Source of the DNA: Octopus sinensis
Lineage: Eukaryota
NCBI RefSeq assembly: GCF_006345805.1
Contig: NC_043008.1
Span: 75,144,001-75,208,000 of the forward strand
Reading direction: 5' to 3'
DNA length: 64,000 bases
Numbering within the stretch: position 1 is the stretch's first letter; every line of letters begins with the position of its first letter. Shown in pieces: positions 1-14,526 of this stretch. The position numbers were made by a program, and so were the translations under genes. A model generated the notes under the pieces. The model was not told the origin of the DNA and did not search any database. It saw only the letters and a program-made list of their open reading frames with translations.

Positions 1-214
1 TAAAACAAAATATATATCAATATATATTAATAAACACAGTTATTCTACATATTGGGCTAATAGTTCTAAATCCTAACACACAGGAAAATATATGCACACT
101 CACATTTAAATTAAAATCAGACCTATACATGAAAAATAATTAAAAAAATGTACACACATATATGCTCACGTATAAAAGAAGAACACAAGTGGGGTCCAAA
201 TTTATGTATGTATG

Positions 215-266
<52 letters not shown>

Positions 267-397
267 TTTATATTATATTGAGGGTACTACTATTCATAGA
301 TACCAACACGCTAAGAGGGACCAATGCGGTCAAAACTACTAAAAATAAACAAAATTTTACCGAATGCAAAACTTCAAAACACATCATTTTAAAAAAT

Positions 398-748
398 GTA
401 ATTCTTCATTGACCTGATACCATATATAATGTAGCTAAGAAATAGCGGTACTTTGAATAAAATTTAACTTTGAAAAATTTCGGGTGCATTGGACCTTGTT
501 GGTAATTAGTGACATACATTTCCTCTGGTAGACCAAGGGTTCGAGAGCAGTTTGAAATATCTGGAATTTTTGAAATGTTGCTCTCTTTTATCTTACCGGC
601 TGCCTCTATAAGTTCCTTTGTATTTCTCAAAATTTTCACTTGTTCCAATAATATGTAGTTGGGGAGCTAGTCATCTCCTGTTTCTTCCCTACCTGTCTTT
701 GTGTTTAAAATTTGGACCCCACTTGTGTACTTCTTTTATACGTGAGCA

Positions 749-824
<76 letters not shown>

Positions 825-864
825 TATGTATATATAGTACACATATATGTATATATGTATGTAC

Positions 865-897
<33 letters not shown>

Positions 898-911
898 TAT
901 GTATACATATG

Positions 912-989
<78 letters not shown>

Positions 990-1355
990 GTACACACATA
1001 TATGCTCACGTATAAAAGAAGTACACAAGTGGGGTCCAAATTTTAAACACAAAGACAGGTAGGGAAGAAAAACAGGAGATGACTAGCTCCCCAACTACAT
1101 ATTATTGGAACAAGTGAAAATTTTGAGAAATACAAAGGAATTTATAGAGGCAGCCGGTAAGATAAAAGAGAGCAACATTTCAAAAATTCCAGATATTTCA
1201 AATTGCTCTCGAACCCTTGGTCTACCAGAGGAAATGTATGTCACTAATTACCAACAAGGTTCAATGCACCCGAAATTTTTCAAAGTTAAATTTTATTCAA
1301 AGTACCGCTATTTCTTAGCTACATTATATATGGTATTAGGTCAATGAAGAATTAC
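398..1355. repeat. Large inverted repeat centred on a (TA)n-rich spacer
   Basis: About 398-760 is mirrored at about 990-1355. The mirrored 80-aa ORFs differ at 3 residues. A further fragment of about 55 bp of the same sequence lies at about 147-203. Confidence 0.9.
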
Positions 1356-1399
1356 TGTTTCTAACAAATTTTAATTTAAAAGAAATACAGTTTACAGAA

Positions 1400-2360
1400 T
1401 ATATAACAAATTTTAGAATTTACAAAATTGGAATGTTCTTGGCAAATATGGATATTACAATTCTTATATGTAGTACGAGTTTTGCTGCCTTTTTTGAAGT
1501 CACACAAAGAAATCTTCCCTTTTGTTTTGGCTGAGGAATCTCAAATGAGGTTGAAGATCGTCTTCTTTTCTTGTTTGGTTGAGAAATGTCAGCGGAACTA
1601 GAAGATTGTTTGTCGTGTTCTTGTTTAGAATTATCTCCAGCAAGTTCCTTTCCTAACTGAATTAGGCACTGTCTTCTTTTATCCTTGAAACTTTTACAAG
1701 TGAAGCCGTTTGGCAACAATGAAAGCATTCACTGCACTTATATCAATCATGTTGTAGAATATAATCCTAGGCCATCTTCGAGTCATTCTTTTGCAAGTGT
1801 ATGCCCTTGCCATCTTATCCAGAGTATCTATTCCTCATTTTGTTTTGTTGTAGCATGTAATGACTTCAGGTTTCTTTTCAGCACTTTTTGAATCAATTGA
1901 AGGCTAAGTGTGACTGCATAGTTTTTCTTGGGACAATAAGATAGGATCATAGAATTCTTTTGAAATCCAAATATTGTGCTGTTGATTTCTCTTTCTTTTC
2001 CACTTGTGAAAGCACTTGAAGTTTCAACTATGTTCTTTTTAATTGTTTCAACTAAAGTAGTTTTCTTGCTAAGCAGCTTTTAAGCCAATCCTAGATTGTA
2101 AAGAAATTATCACAAGTTATATAGTGACCAGTATTTTCATGTTATTTTACTAGGATTCAACAACTCTTGAACCTTGATTTGTGTCTCTCCACTTTACTGG
2201 GACTTTTCCAGGGTAGATTTGCATTTTTCCAGGCATAAGATGTTTCACTGTCACATATTGCCCAAATTTTAATTCTATATTTTCCTGGCTTTGAAGGAAT
2301 ATATACCCGGAATGGGTAGCGCCCTTTGAATAGAACTAATTGTTCATCAATTGTCATGCG
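1400..2360 (-). mobile_element. piggyBac (PGBD4-like) transposase remnant
   Basis: TIDEQLVLFKGRYPFRVYIPSKPGKYRIKIWAICDSETSYAW matches the piggyBac catalytic region. A broken C-terminal Cys-rich domain lies at 1420-1728. Multiple stops and frameshifts. Confidence 0.85.
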
Positions 2361-2764
2361 TCAACTTGGAACATATCCATCTTATAAAAACCACATTTGA
2401 GAGTAATTTCGAAGGGAATCAAAATTAAAATTTTTCATCTTGTTATGATGAGGACGTGTTAGTTTGTCTCTAAATTATGTGTTAATGTTATGACGCGGTT
2501 ACTGATGAGAATGTTTCCTGAACATTATCTTATTTGCTAACAAAATTTGAAGCCTAGGTAAAACCGTGAAAAATAACAAGGTAAAAGATTTTATTCCCTT
2601 CGAAATTGCTCTTAAATGTGGTTTTAGTCATTTTGATTGCTTCTTCTAGCGTGTAAAATTACCTGTTAAAGGTAATTTCTCTTGTGCACTATTTTATATT
2701 GAGAATATGCTGTCTATTGACTTTTTATACATGCTAGGTCACTGGTAGTGAAAAATATTCGCTA

Positions 2765-2927
2765 CCCTGTATATTTTACTTATATGTATATATATGTATA
2801 TTTATATATGCATATATAAAGCACATGCATATGTATATGCATAGACACATATGAATATATAATATATATATACATATATATATATATATATGTATACACA
2901 CACATACACACACACATATATATATAC

Positions 2928-2967
<40 letters not shown>

Positions 2968-2996
2968 GTGTGTGTATTTGTACGTATCTACATGTG

Positions 2997-3055
<59 letters not shown>

Positions 3056-3079
3056 GTATACACACACATACACACACAC

Positions 3080-3113
<34 letters not shown>

Positions 3114-3611
3114 GTGTGTGTATTTGTACGTATCTACATGTGTATATATATATATATGTGTGTGTGTATTTGTACGTATCTACATGTGTATATATATATA
3201 TTCATATATATATATATATAAATATATATATATATGTATACACACACATACACACACACATATATATATACATATATATATATATACATATATATAAATA
3301 TATATATATATAAATATATATATATACTTAAATACATAGTGCATATATGTATATATATATATTCATATATATATATATATAAATATATATATATACTTAA
3401 ATACATAGTGCATATATGTATATATATGTATATATATATATATATAAATATATATATATATATGTGTGTGTGTATTTGTACGTATCTACATGTGTATATA
3501 TATATATTCATATATATATATATATATATGTGTGTGTGTATTTGTACGTATCTACATGTGTATATATATATATATGTATACACACACATACACACACACA
3601 TATATATATAC

Positions 3612-3643
<32 letters not shown>

Positions 3644-3794
3644 TATATATATATATATATAATATATATATATATGTATATGTATATATATTTATATATA
3701 TGTACATATATACGTATATATATACATATATATAAATATTATATACTTTTATTTATATATATATATATGTGTGTGTGTATTTGTACGTATCTAC

Positions 3795-3834
<40 letters not shown>

Positions 3835-3960
3835 GTATGTTTTGTGTATTCATATTTATATGTATATATGTATATATATATATTCATATATATATATATA
3901 TAAATATATATATATACTTAAATACATAGTGCATATATGTATATATATATATATATATAG
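2765..3960. repeat. Compound microsatellite with higher-order modules
   Basis: TTTGTACGTATCTACATGTG occurs six times. TACTTAAATACATAGTGCATATATG occurs three times. All are embedded in (TA)n/(CA)n. Confidence 0.9.
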
Positions 3961-5049
3961 ATTTATTTATCATATGAATAACATATGTGTGTTTATTCCA
4001 GTGTATTCAGGTGCACTAATTAACTGTATTTATATTTATTTTGACAGTTCTTGTCAAAGATTTATCAAAAGCTGTATACATATTTTTTCCTTACTTTCTC
4101 GCCTTGAATGCTACTTATTTTACTTAGGTTACTTCTAAACTTTCCGTGAGTTCAATTATTGCGCACTTTAATTTTTATATTAATTACTTAACTTTATCTC
4201 AAACTATTTTCGAAAGCAGTTGTTCTCGTCATCCTGTAATACACGGATCCTTGCGACTATCGGGCATTTGTCTCCCTTTCTCAAATATTCCCAAAGTATT
4301 ACAAGTTTACATGATCCTTCAGATGTTTGTATTTGTGATTCCTTTCCTCCCTAAATGTTAGTCCACAGATGGAATCCAGAGATTTTCGGTATAGAAGAGA
4401 CTAAGTAGTGCTCAAATGATTCAGACTCAGATTCCGATATATTTACAGGAGATCGATTCCACAGGGGAATGAATGACTATAAGGGAGATCAAGTTGAGCG
4501 GATATAGAGGCCAGTAATAAGGATAGAAATAATCAAGTGAAGTTCGAACAAATTGTGCATATGTTAACTCAGCTGAGTAAAGTTACAAGGACTTGCTTTC
4601 CCGTTTTTTATTATTGTATTTAGCAAAATTTTATTTTACAATGCTGAAGTGTGTTAAACATGGGACGAATACTTAGTAATATTCATAAAGTTCAGTTAGC
4701 GCTTTCATACGTTCGTAGTAATCATCAGATTTCAAAATGTATTAACTGAAAGATAAGTGCTTGACAACTACAGTAAAATGACTGACTTCTACCGTTTTAC
4801 GCCTTTTAGAAAGCTGAATCTTTCGAATACCGTTTTGACCAATCAGTATGTAGCTTAAACCTCACGGTTTCCCGGGCGCACCAATATTACTGGCTGGCAT
4901 AGATCCCGCCTTTATTTTAATCAATTAGCTTGCTGTTTACATGTAATGGTTTTATGAGTGAGCAAACTTAGTTGATTTCGATCGTTTTTATTTCAATCGG
5001 TGGGAGTCTTCTGCAATGTCTTTATATTCATATGTTAAAGATATATTTT

Positions 5050-6550
5050 AATCCATATCATTAACTGGTTGTTATATTATTGTTGTTATTTCCGTTCAGA
5101 ACAGGTTTGAACATTTTGATAAAACGTTTCTCTTTTATCTTTCTTCCAATTTCACTTGTCTCATGTGGAAAGGAAAAATTAGAAGCATTTTCTGACCACA
5201 TGTTTCTATATTTTGCAGTTCATATCTGCATTTGTGAAAATCTGTCCATTTTTTGTTCTCATGGATCTACCAGTATGCATGTATTGACACGTTCTACATC
5301 TGTTATCATTACATTTGGATATTGTGAATGTTTTATCTTGTTTGTTCATGTTGAATTTTGCCTTAGTCAATAGTTTCATTAAGTTATGTGGTTGGCTTTC
5401 GCTTTAGGTAAGTGTTTCATTAGTGATTATGTTTTTTAAATGTTTCACTTTGTTTCATGATTGGCAAATTTGTTCTGATGATGTTAAAGATATTTTGGTG
5501 ATGCGGATTGTGTGTTACTGGAAATTGTATTGTTTTTCGTTGAAGGGGTCGTCTTTCTCGTATTGCTCGAAGTTGCTCAATCAATAGGTGTCTCTTTTGC
5601 TCGTTGCATGTGATTTTCTATAAGTAAGAGAGGGTATTCTTCCTTGAGCAGAAGTCCTTTGAGTTCTGTAAATTGCATGTTCTTGGTATTTGGATCATCT
5701 ATTATAGCAGTAGTTCCCAAAGTGGGCAGTACTGCCTCCTGGTTTGGGGGTGGAAAAGTGGGATGAAAATGGGGTGGCCACAATGGGCTGATGGATGTAA
5801 AAGAAAATATATTCATAGTTTAATAGGGTTTAAGTTTTATTAGTGAAATGCAGTTGTTTTGAATTTGCTGCATAAAGCGGTCTATATTTGTGGTGGGGAG
5901 ATGGAAGGGCATTAGGAATGTGGCCTCAGTACCAAGAGGGCGGCAGCCTGAAAAAGTTTGGGAACCACTGTACTATAGTATGCATTTCCCTGGTTAGACA
6001 GTACAGGATATTGCGTGTTGTGTGTGTTGGGTGGCATGATTTGAAATTTAGGAACTAGCGTGTATCTGTGCTTTTGTAATAAATATCAGTTCTGATTGTG
6101 ATGTTGTTCTTAATTACCATTGTGTCAAGACATAGAAATTGTATGTTGCTCATTTCTCTTGTAAGTTTGAGTCTAGTGTGTAGGTCCTTGATTAGGGTGT
6201 TGAATTCTTCCAGATTTTCTAGGGATTTGGTCCAAATTAAGAAACAATCATCGAGGTATCGTTTCCATGCCGTAGTTTTCTTCAGTTTTCTTTTATACAG
6301 GTTTTATTCTAAGTGTCTCAATACTGAGTGTACGAAAACTGGAGAAAATCGCTGGGAATCCTTTCTCTATGTTTCTAGACAAAATATTTTATGGCATTAA
6401 TTCCCAAATCATGTGGAATGTTTGTTACATTAAAACCAATAATGAATTGGATTCTGTTGTTTTGAGCAGATATGACAGGAAATCGATGCCATCCCGAATG
6501 AAACTGGGTATGTGACTACACAGTGGTTTTAGGATAATGTCAATGAGGTT
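5050..6550 (-). mobile_element. Penelope-like element remnant (RT thumb and GIY-YIG end)
   Basis: Decayed minus-strand translations such as EEFNTLIKDLHTRLKLTREMSNIQFLCLDTMVI and KEKRFIKMFKPVLN. Confidence 0.6.
5708..5970. mobile_element. hAT-type MITE inserted in the Penelope remnant
   Basis: TIRs CAGTAGTTCCCAAA / TTTGGGAACCACTG (13/14 match). 8-bp TSD TATTATAG / TACTATAG. Confidence 0.85.
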
Positions 6551-6978
6551 ACTTATATATATATACGAATTTGTATGCTTATGTATAGAACAATATAGTA
6601 ATCAGTGAAATTCAAACTTAGTCTGATTTTCACGTTTTCTTATTTGCAATTTTTACAATTTTACAATTTTACAATATCAAAATATACTAGTACTTTCATG
6701 CGTTATGCAATCATCAGGCCTTTGTAGCGACAGTCGTGTTCCACACATATCCAGATGGCTACATGTAGCTAAACACACATTCACAAGTTACAATCGTAAC
6801 CATACCTAACTAATGTAAACCTAACACCCACAGCTCGGCTTATTCCACCTGAGTTAAAAATAATAGTATCAGAATAACATAATACTATGTACTTAAACAT
6901 GTAACTTTACAATGTAGGCGTATATATATATGTATATATATATATGTATCTATATATGTATATATGTGTAGGTGTATG

Positions 6979-7010
<32 letters not shown>

Positions 7011-7011
7011 T

Positions 7012-7045
<34 letters not shown>

Positions 7046-7116
7046 ATAAATATGTTAATATATACGAATGTACGATTGTGTGTATGTGCGTCTCATTTTG
7101 CGTGTATGTGTGTATT

Positions 7117-7155
<39 letters not shown>

Positions 7156-7488
7156 GTATATGTCCGTATGTGTATAAGTAAGTATATATATATATATATA
7201 TATGTACGTATGTAAATGTATGTGTGTAGGTATATGCACGAACACGATACTATTTGTTTCTGTAGTAATCTTCCTTTCACCTTCTACTTTCTTTTTCTTC
7301 TAAGCAGTTACGACAGCGAAAGGTGATTACGTAATTTTACCTAAACTGGGACGATTGTTTTTCCCGTTCATATTTGAATCTTTTGCGATTCTACAATATG
7401 TTTTACTTTTATTCATTCTCGAACTGGATGGGTATACTACAACAAAACAGCCGACGCAAAAAATATCTAGCGAGGCTTCTTTATCAAT

Positions 7489-7533
7489 GTACCTGAAGAG
7501 ACCCAGACCATTGGGTCAAAATATATGTTGTAC
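7489..7533 (+). ncRNA. Decayed minimal hammerhead ribozyme
   Basis: GUAC-CUGAAGA-GACCCA(GACCAU)UGGGUC-AAAAU-AUAU-GUU-GUAC. Stems I and II are perfect; core G12 is replaced by A. Confidence 0.6.
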
Positions 7534-9599
7534 CTAATAAAAGTCTAATACAAAATCCATCTACTATCAATTAATACTAAATTTATATTTCTACGTGTGT
7601 TTGTATGCATATATACGCAGATGTATATAACGGTGCACTTAAAAAAAGTTGTGGTTCTCCGTTACCTCAGCGGAAGTTCAGAACTTCTATAGTGTCCATC
7701 GAACTGCTAGATATATCAAAGCCCTCTCGTTTCACACCTTGCTGTCTTAAAATATAAATGAATTCTTTAGATAGCCAAGTCCCAGAAATGCAAGGTGTTC
7801 ATTACTCTGAATCTGTTTCGATCAAAGCAGTTTTTGATTGGGTTGGTTCTGGGACTAAACAAAACCAACAACGTTTACAGTTTAGTTATATTCCCTAACT
7901 TCATATACAGATAAACTAGATTTATATTGCTACATAGAATTGATTCAATTCATACCAGAACGGATAAGACGTTTCAAATAAATTTCATATCTCTTAGCAT
8001 TTTCTATGTATACTGTTAATATGATTATTTGAAGAGGGGAGATATTGCGAATACTGGGTGAATAAAATGAACATTTGGACTTACAAATAGGGATACTAAT
8101 GTATTGGCAAATACATTTAATGGAAGTAAGATATATACGAACATATAACCGCCGGATTAAAAACTTCACGCTATATTCATTGTTCTGCCATGTTTATTTC
8201 ATTAAATCATGAATGCAGTAAAAATAAATTAGAATAATTATTGTCGGCTCACCTATGTTGTATATGTTTGAAATATTTAATTAGTAAACAACATTGAAGG
8301 TTGACGGAGGGCGACAATCTGCACACATGCAAACATACACCATTCACTAAATACGCATACACATATATACACGTCAATATGTATTTATCTGGAAATTTGC
8401 TTTTGCAGAGCGTTAGATTGGGCCTTGGAAAACAGAGACACGTAGACACTGAATACGTATAATAAGAACACCCACCACTTGTGCAGTGGAAACTTGATGC
8501 CCCAACCCAGTCCAACGACGCATGTTGTTATTTCTAGGTTTATATGTTACCAACTGGAATTGATTATCAATTTCGTTGCTGCCAAAGTAAAGTTAATAAA
8601 CATGCTACAAAATGAAATCAGATATTAAACAAAAATCTAGCTTATGCTGAAAACCGTTGAACGGCTGAATGAATATACACATAGAATGCAGTCATGTTCT
8701 TTTAATCTTCTCACAATATTAAATTTAAGTTTCACCACTAAAAGACATCCATTAGACAACAAATGAATGATTTATAGTTGATATTCTATTACAGTTTTTG
8801 ACAAAAGAAATTATGATGTTTAACCTGTTAAATAAAAACTAATATTCATTCGGGGCGAAAAACTAAATTAAATTCTCTAATATTTCATGTTCGAAGCAGA
8901 TGTATAGCAACAAATAATATAGTTTTTGATGGAAATAGAGAGCGTAAGATATAGACAGGGAAGAATTGCGACCGGCTGGTCTCACTGTTTATCACCCTGA
9001 GCAAATGTATAGACACGAGTCGATCCAAACGTGAATGAAATTGGATTTATCAGGATGAATTTTGATGGATTTATATCTGTGATCCAAAGATCATCCATAT
9101 GTAGCATTAAATGGTTCAAAGAACTGTGTCAAGGGTTTACTAATTTTTGCAATACATTGTGATTTACACAACATTGAGCTGTTCGATCAATCGCACAAAT
9201 AATTATCCATCATCGAAGCAACAGAATATATGTCGTCATCATAACTGACATCATCACCGCAGTTATAATCTTCCACATCTTTCTCCTGCTTCTGGTCCTT
9301 CTCCTCCTCATTTTCATCCTTTACATACAGATACATACATACATTCATGCGTTCATAACTCGGTGCTTGCGTGTACGTGTGAGTGTGTATATATGTAAAT
9401 ATGTAGGTATATGTATGATGTATGTATGTGTATCTCTCTCCATCCATCTCTCTCTCTCTGTATATATATATTATATATATATATATATATTATATATATA
9501 TCAAAGAAACAATTAAGATGCAGTTGAATTACGTACTTAAGTTGAGGTACCATGTCAGTCTGGTATTATACGCACAACTTGAAGTAAAGTGAATAAAAT

Positions 9600-9900
9600 T
9601 CAAATAAGTAACAAAGATGTCAAGGTATTATTGCAATACGGCCGTTTCAGGTGGCTGCATTTAATCGAGTTGATTTCTACTATAATAGTGGCTGCATAGA
9701 ATTCTTTCATTCTCTAGCTCTGATAAAATATCTGAGAAAAATTATATTAGGATATCTTGTCTGTTGAAAATCCATATTTTTGCAACTGACGATGGCGCTG
9801 TATTATAAATTAATGTAATGCTTGTATTGTTCGATTAAATGGAACCAGCTGAAACAGCCGTACTGTATTAATACCTTGACATCCTTGTTACTTATTTGAT
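9600..9900. repeat. Older fold-back element with a hammerhead core, related to 46072-46474
   Basis: CAAATAAGTAACAAAGATGTCAAGGTATT is mirrored at 9866-9899. The right arm has CUGACGA (9786) ... GAAAC-AGCC-GUA (9851-9862). The left arm has GAAAC-GGCC-GUA on the minus strand. Confidence 0.7.
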
Positions 9901-9904
9901 TTAT

Positions 9905-10025
<121 letters not shown>

Positions 10026-10030
10026 CATAT

Positions 10031-10092
<62 letters not shown>

Positions 10093-10599
10093 TATATTTA
10101 TGTATATATGTATATATGTGTGTTTACATTATACATTTTAAGCCAAAACAATACAATTTATAAGAATATAATATGTTGATAGTTTTGCCTGGTATTTCAA
10201 TATTTCTGGGTTAGGACCCCTTCCTCAGTACATCTTTGGATAAGAGTTATTTCTGATATCTCAGTTTGACGAAATATAGGAAACAACAGTTATTTTGGGA
10301 CATGAAGTGTAAAGCTTAATTAAGTCAAACGAACAATTAATTATTGATAAATTTATTCTTATATTTCAATTTATATATAATTATGATAATTAGTTGTTTG
10401 AATAATTATTTTCAGATATATATCTTTAAATTACATCTCTTAAATTCTTATCAGATTTTATAAGCTATTTCTTAATGTGAGTATGCTTGAACACGAATAT
10501 CTGTTACTAAATGATTACTAAGTGATCTAATGATTTGCGATGAAGGCGATTTTAAAATGATGGCTGCTTTCAACATAAAAAGAGGAATAAGTCCAAAGA

Positions 10600-13500
10600 A
10601 GTTTTCTGGTGGACGAGATTACATTTCAGTGATCAGGGCAAACAGTCGTATGGAATGTTGCTAAGAAAAACAATCAACGGTGTCTCTAGAGCTACATCAA
10701 CAACTTTCGCATGTAGTTAGTAGCAAAGCAGTTTGTGTTGAATTCGATAGCGCCATATTTTATGACAGAATTGCTGTTACTAATTGTAACTGTTTCATGC
10801 CAAACGTCTCATTCAAGCGATGACACATGAATGTCTGGCTTGGGTTTTATTAATAGTTACACTGGTCTTTTACTAGCTGAAATATCTTATCCGTGCACGC
10901 CATAACTACAAATGACAGTCGTAAACTGTTTACATGAACCTGGCCGTTGACAGATTGTTGTCTGTTCATCCGCTCAGGATCACCTAATATTCACTCAATA
11001 AATTGACTTGTCGAAATAGTTCGTATCCACCAAACTGAATACCGTAATTTTAACGCACCTTAACTCAGTAGGTGATACTATTCTGGATTAAACGAGACCT
11101 AAGAACAACTGTGGCTAAGAGGTTGTTCAACACTCCACAATGCCCTGAAACCATCGACTCAGAGTTTCGCTGTCGGATGCAGCTTAAATGATTGTGTATA
11201 TATATATATAACATTCTACTTGTCCATTAGATTTGGGATGGTAAAGCGCCGTAGTCACATGTTCTACAGCGAAGTTTTACAAACATTTTTAAACTGGAAA
11301 AAATACCAAATACGTTCCATTGTGAGACACTATCGGATCTGGGGTGTCAAATCTGGCAAACAGCGAATGTAGAAATTTTGTCTTAGTAGTGGGAATTGGC
11401 TTTTTATACTTATAAGTTTCTGGCCATTTAGAGAAATTATCTACTATCACTTAGTAGTAAGAACCGTCTAAGGGATCGATGTGTAGTCTCGACCACGGTA
11501 CATCTACTTTTGGCCAAAATTCACTTTTTATCATCGGTAATCTGGTCGATAGAACGCATCCTCTGCAGCCTAACCCTAAATTTCCGATTTCGCTACCCAT
11601 TTTTGGCCGGTACATGTAGCTACGCATCCTTGAAATACCAGGATGTCTAACATGAAATTCCCTAAACATTTTCTTTCGCAGTGTTTCAGGTATTACTACT
11701 CTCTGTGCAGACATCAGTACGCCATCACAATTTGAGTATCGTTTCACGTCTTTTTTTCGTTTCGCATCAACCCTGTTTCAATTTACTTTTCCTGTCCACT
11801 GTCCACTGTATTCTTTTCATTTCTGTTATGAATTTGTCCTTTTCCGCTTTTCTTTTTATATCTTCTAGGGTTTCTGATAATTCGCGTACCACATATCACA
11901 TAACATTGTTTTTATTTCTCCTTCTGATCTTAAATAGCTCTCAGGGTTTCGGTATCAGTCTGTAGAAAGCATCCGCATACCCTAGTTGTTTTGACAGTAA
12001 ACATTCCATTTTGTAATCATAATTCAATAATGTAGTGTACCATTGCTGTCTATTCGCTGTGTGAGCTGGTATTCCTTTTTTAGAACCGTATATTGACAGT
12101 AGTGGGTGATGATCCGTTTATAGACAGAGACTTCTCCCATGAATAAATCTATGGAATATTTTCGCACCGAATATGACTGCTAACTCTTCCTTTTCTATTT
12201 GGTCAGAGTTCTTTTCTACTGGTAATGACGATCGTGACACGGCCTATAGCCTTTTTACTCCTATCGTCATATTTGTGCAATAGCACTGCCCCTACACCAT
12301 AATCACTTGCATCTTTAGCAAATGTAATTTCCAGCTTAGGATCAAAATGCATTAACGATAGATCCGATGTTAAAATGCTTTTTAATTTGTCAAATGCCTT
12401 CTGAAAATTACCAGTCCAGTACAATTTTGCAATTTTCTTTAACAGATCATTGAGCGGGGCCCTTACATTGTGTATATTTGGAATATAAATTTGGTAGTAA
12501 TTTACTAATCTCAAGTCACAGATTCCGTCCGTTTTTATCTTTTATCAGGCCCAATTATCTAGTTTTTTTTTTTCAGAAAGAACTCGCAGTTTGTCTCCAC
12601 TTAACTTAAAACAGAGTTCTCGTATCGTTTCGAATACCCGCTTTACGTGTTCTACATATTGTTCGTGTGGTTCACTTTTTATTAGGAAATCGTCTAAATA
12701 AGCGACAGCACAATCGCAGTCCGCCAGAACTGTATCCATTACATGCTGAAATATGGTAGGAGCCATATTTATACCAAAGGGAAGCCACTTAAATTTAAAT
12801 AAGCCATGGTGTACATTAATGGCTAGTAAGCGTAAGCAGTCTTCTTCTTGGATTTGTAAATATGCCTCCAAGAGGTTTAATTTTGCGAAGAATTTTACCT
12901 CCATTCAATTTTGGGAAACTTCCTCAAGACTAGGCAGTGGGTAGTTATGTGAGATTAAGCAACCATTCAACCCCGTTGAAAACTCTGCCCAAACTTTAAC
13001 GTGATATTTTTCTTTTTTCCATAGACCGTACATGCTGCCCAATCTGAGTGGTCCGTCTTCTCGATTATTCATAGACTTTCAAGTATTTCAAGTACCTTAT
13101 TTATCTGTTCTAGTGCCGCGAACGGTGTATTACGTTTTGGCTTACATACAAGCGTTGCACTTTGTTTTGTGTTCATCATTTTGCCTTTGTGTTCATCCGA
13201 GAAAATATCTGAAAATGAATGTTTTATTTTCCGTTTCAATCCCTCAGCCGCATTCGAACCTTCGACTGAACCGACTATATTCCAACACAAAACACTTATG
13301 GGTTTATTCCACAATTTGAACAGTTCCATCTACTCTGTACCGAATAGATTTACTGAATCTATTTTTTAACACATACCTTTGCTATTTTCATTTAATCACG
13401 AAATGTCACATAATTCACAAATTCATCTACAAAACACAACCTTTTGCCCGTAATTCCGTTGCTACTTTTGTAGATGTACTTAATTTTGGCTTACTGATAT

Positions 13501-14110
13501 ACTTCCAAGTTTCTTCATTCACAATGGTAATATCACTTTCAGTATCTAACTGCATTTTTACTCTTATACTTCAATTTTCACATTTACACATTTCCTCTCT
13601 CTCTAATTACCATTTACTTTCGACGACATCTTGTTTATAATTTCTTTGTCCCAACGTTTTGTCATCTTTGTTTTACACGTGCGCTTGTAAATTTTTCCAC
13701 AATAGAAATATTCCAGTTTCTTAGATGGAAAGTTTTTTTGCAGGTGTAGACCTCCATCCAAAACAAGGGTTTGTCTCCTGATTTTTGACATGTTTGTACT
13801 CTATTTCAGTACACAGTTGATTTCTATTCTGCCTGTATAGCACTTGTTTCTCTAAGGAGCAAACTTTATGGTCAATTTTCTCTGTCATGTGTTAAATTGA
13901 CTATTCTTTCACACACTTCTGACAATTGTGGTAAGCTTACAGCTGGGTCTTGTTCCAACTTAGCGAGAATTCTTGTTCTTACTTCTGCGTCTTTTGCTGC
14001 AGTTAGTCCCTAAATAAATATAAGATTTTTGAACATATCTGGCATTAATAACAGCTGTAAGACTATATCTATATTTCTTTCCTTATAAATGTCCTGAAAC
14101 TCCTCACATC
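10600..14110 (-). mobile_element. Ty3/Gypsy LTR-retrotransposon internal remnant
   Basis: RT (FGINMAPTIFQ, AYLDD), RNase H (DASDYGVGAVL), integrase zinc-binding region (HVRHPG..CRGC, PWSRLHID) and a gag knuckle relic, in Gypsy order. No LTR pair was recognised. Confidence 0.88.
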
Positions 14111-14131
14111 CTTGGGTTTGTTATCATTTTT

Positions 14132-14174
<43 letters not shown>

Positions 14175-14322
14175 GCAAATACAAGACACATATTAAATTT
14201 CTCACTCGTATCACTATCGAACCAAGAGATTAACTACGGTCTGTCCATAGCACTTACTTAGCATTACGTGTCACTCTTAGGGTCTTCTACTTGATGCCAA
14301 TACCTAATATATATATTATATA

Positions 14323-14374
<52 letters not shown>

Positions 14375-14526
14375 TATATATAAACTAATTATGCCAAAGA
14401 CCTATAATCCGTTCAGGGATGTTTGCATCTTAGTTCTCCGGATTTTACCAGGGTTCAGTTAGTCTTTCATTGATAGATATTGGCATTTAAGTTATTTATG
14501 AATGAGAAAAAGAAGAAAAATGGGGA

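Noticed and set aside
8249-8560. Cys-rich ORF and an HLCSGNL stretch as exons of a second protease or toxin
   Set aside because: No consistent splice sites or frame, in-frame stops nearby, and no second GDSGGP or TAAHC exon found in the window.
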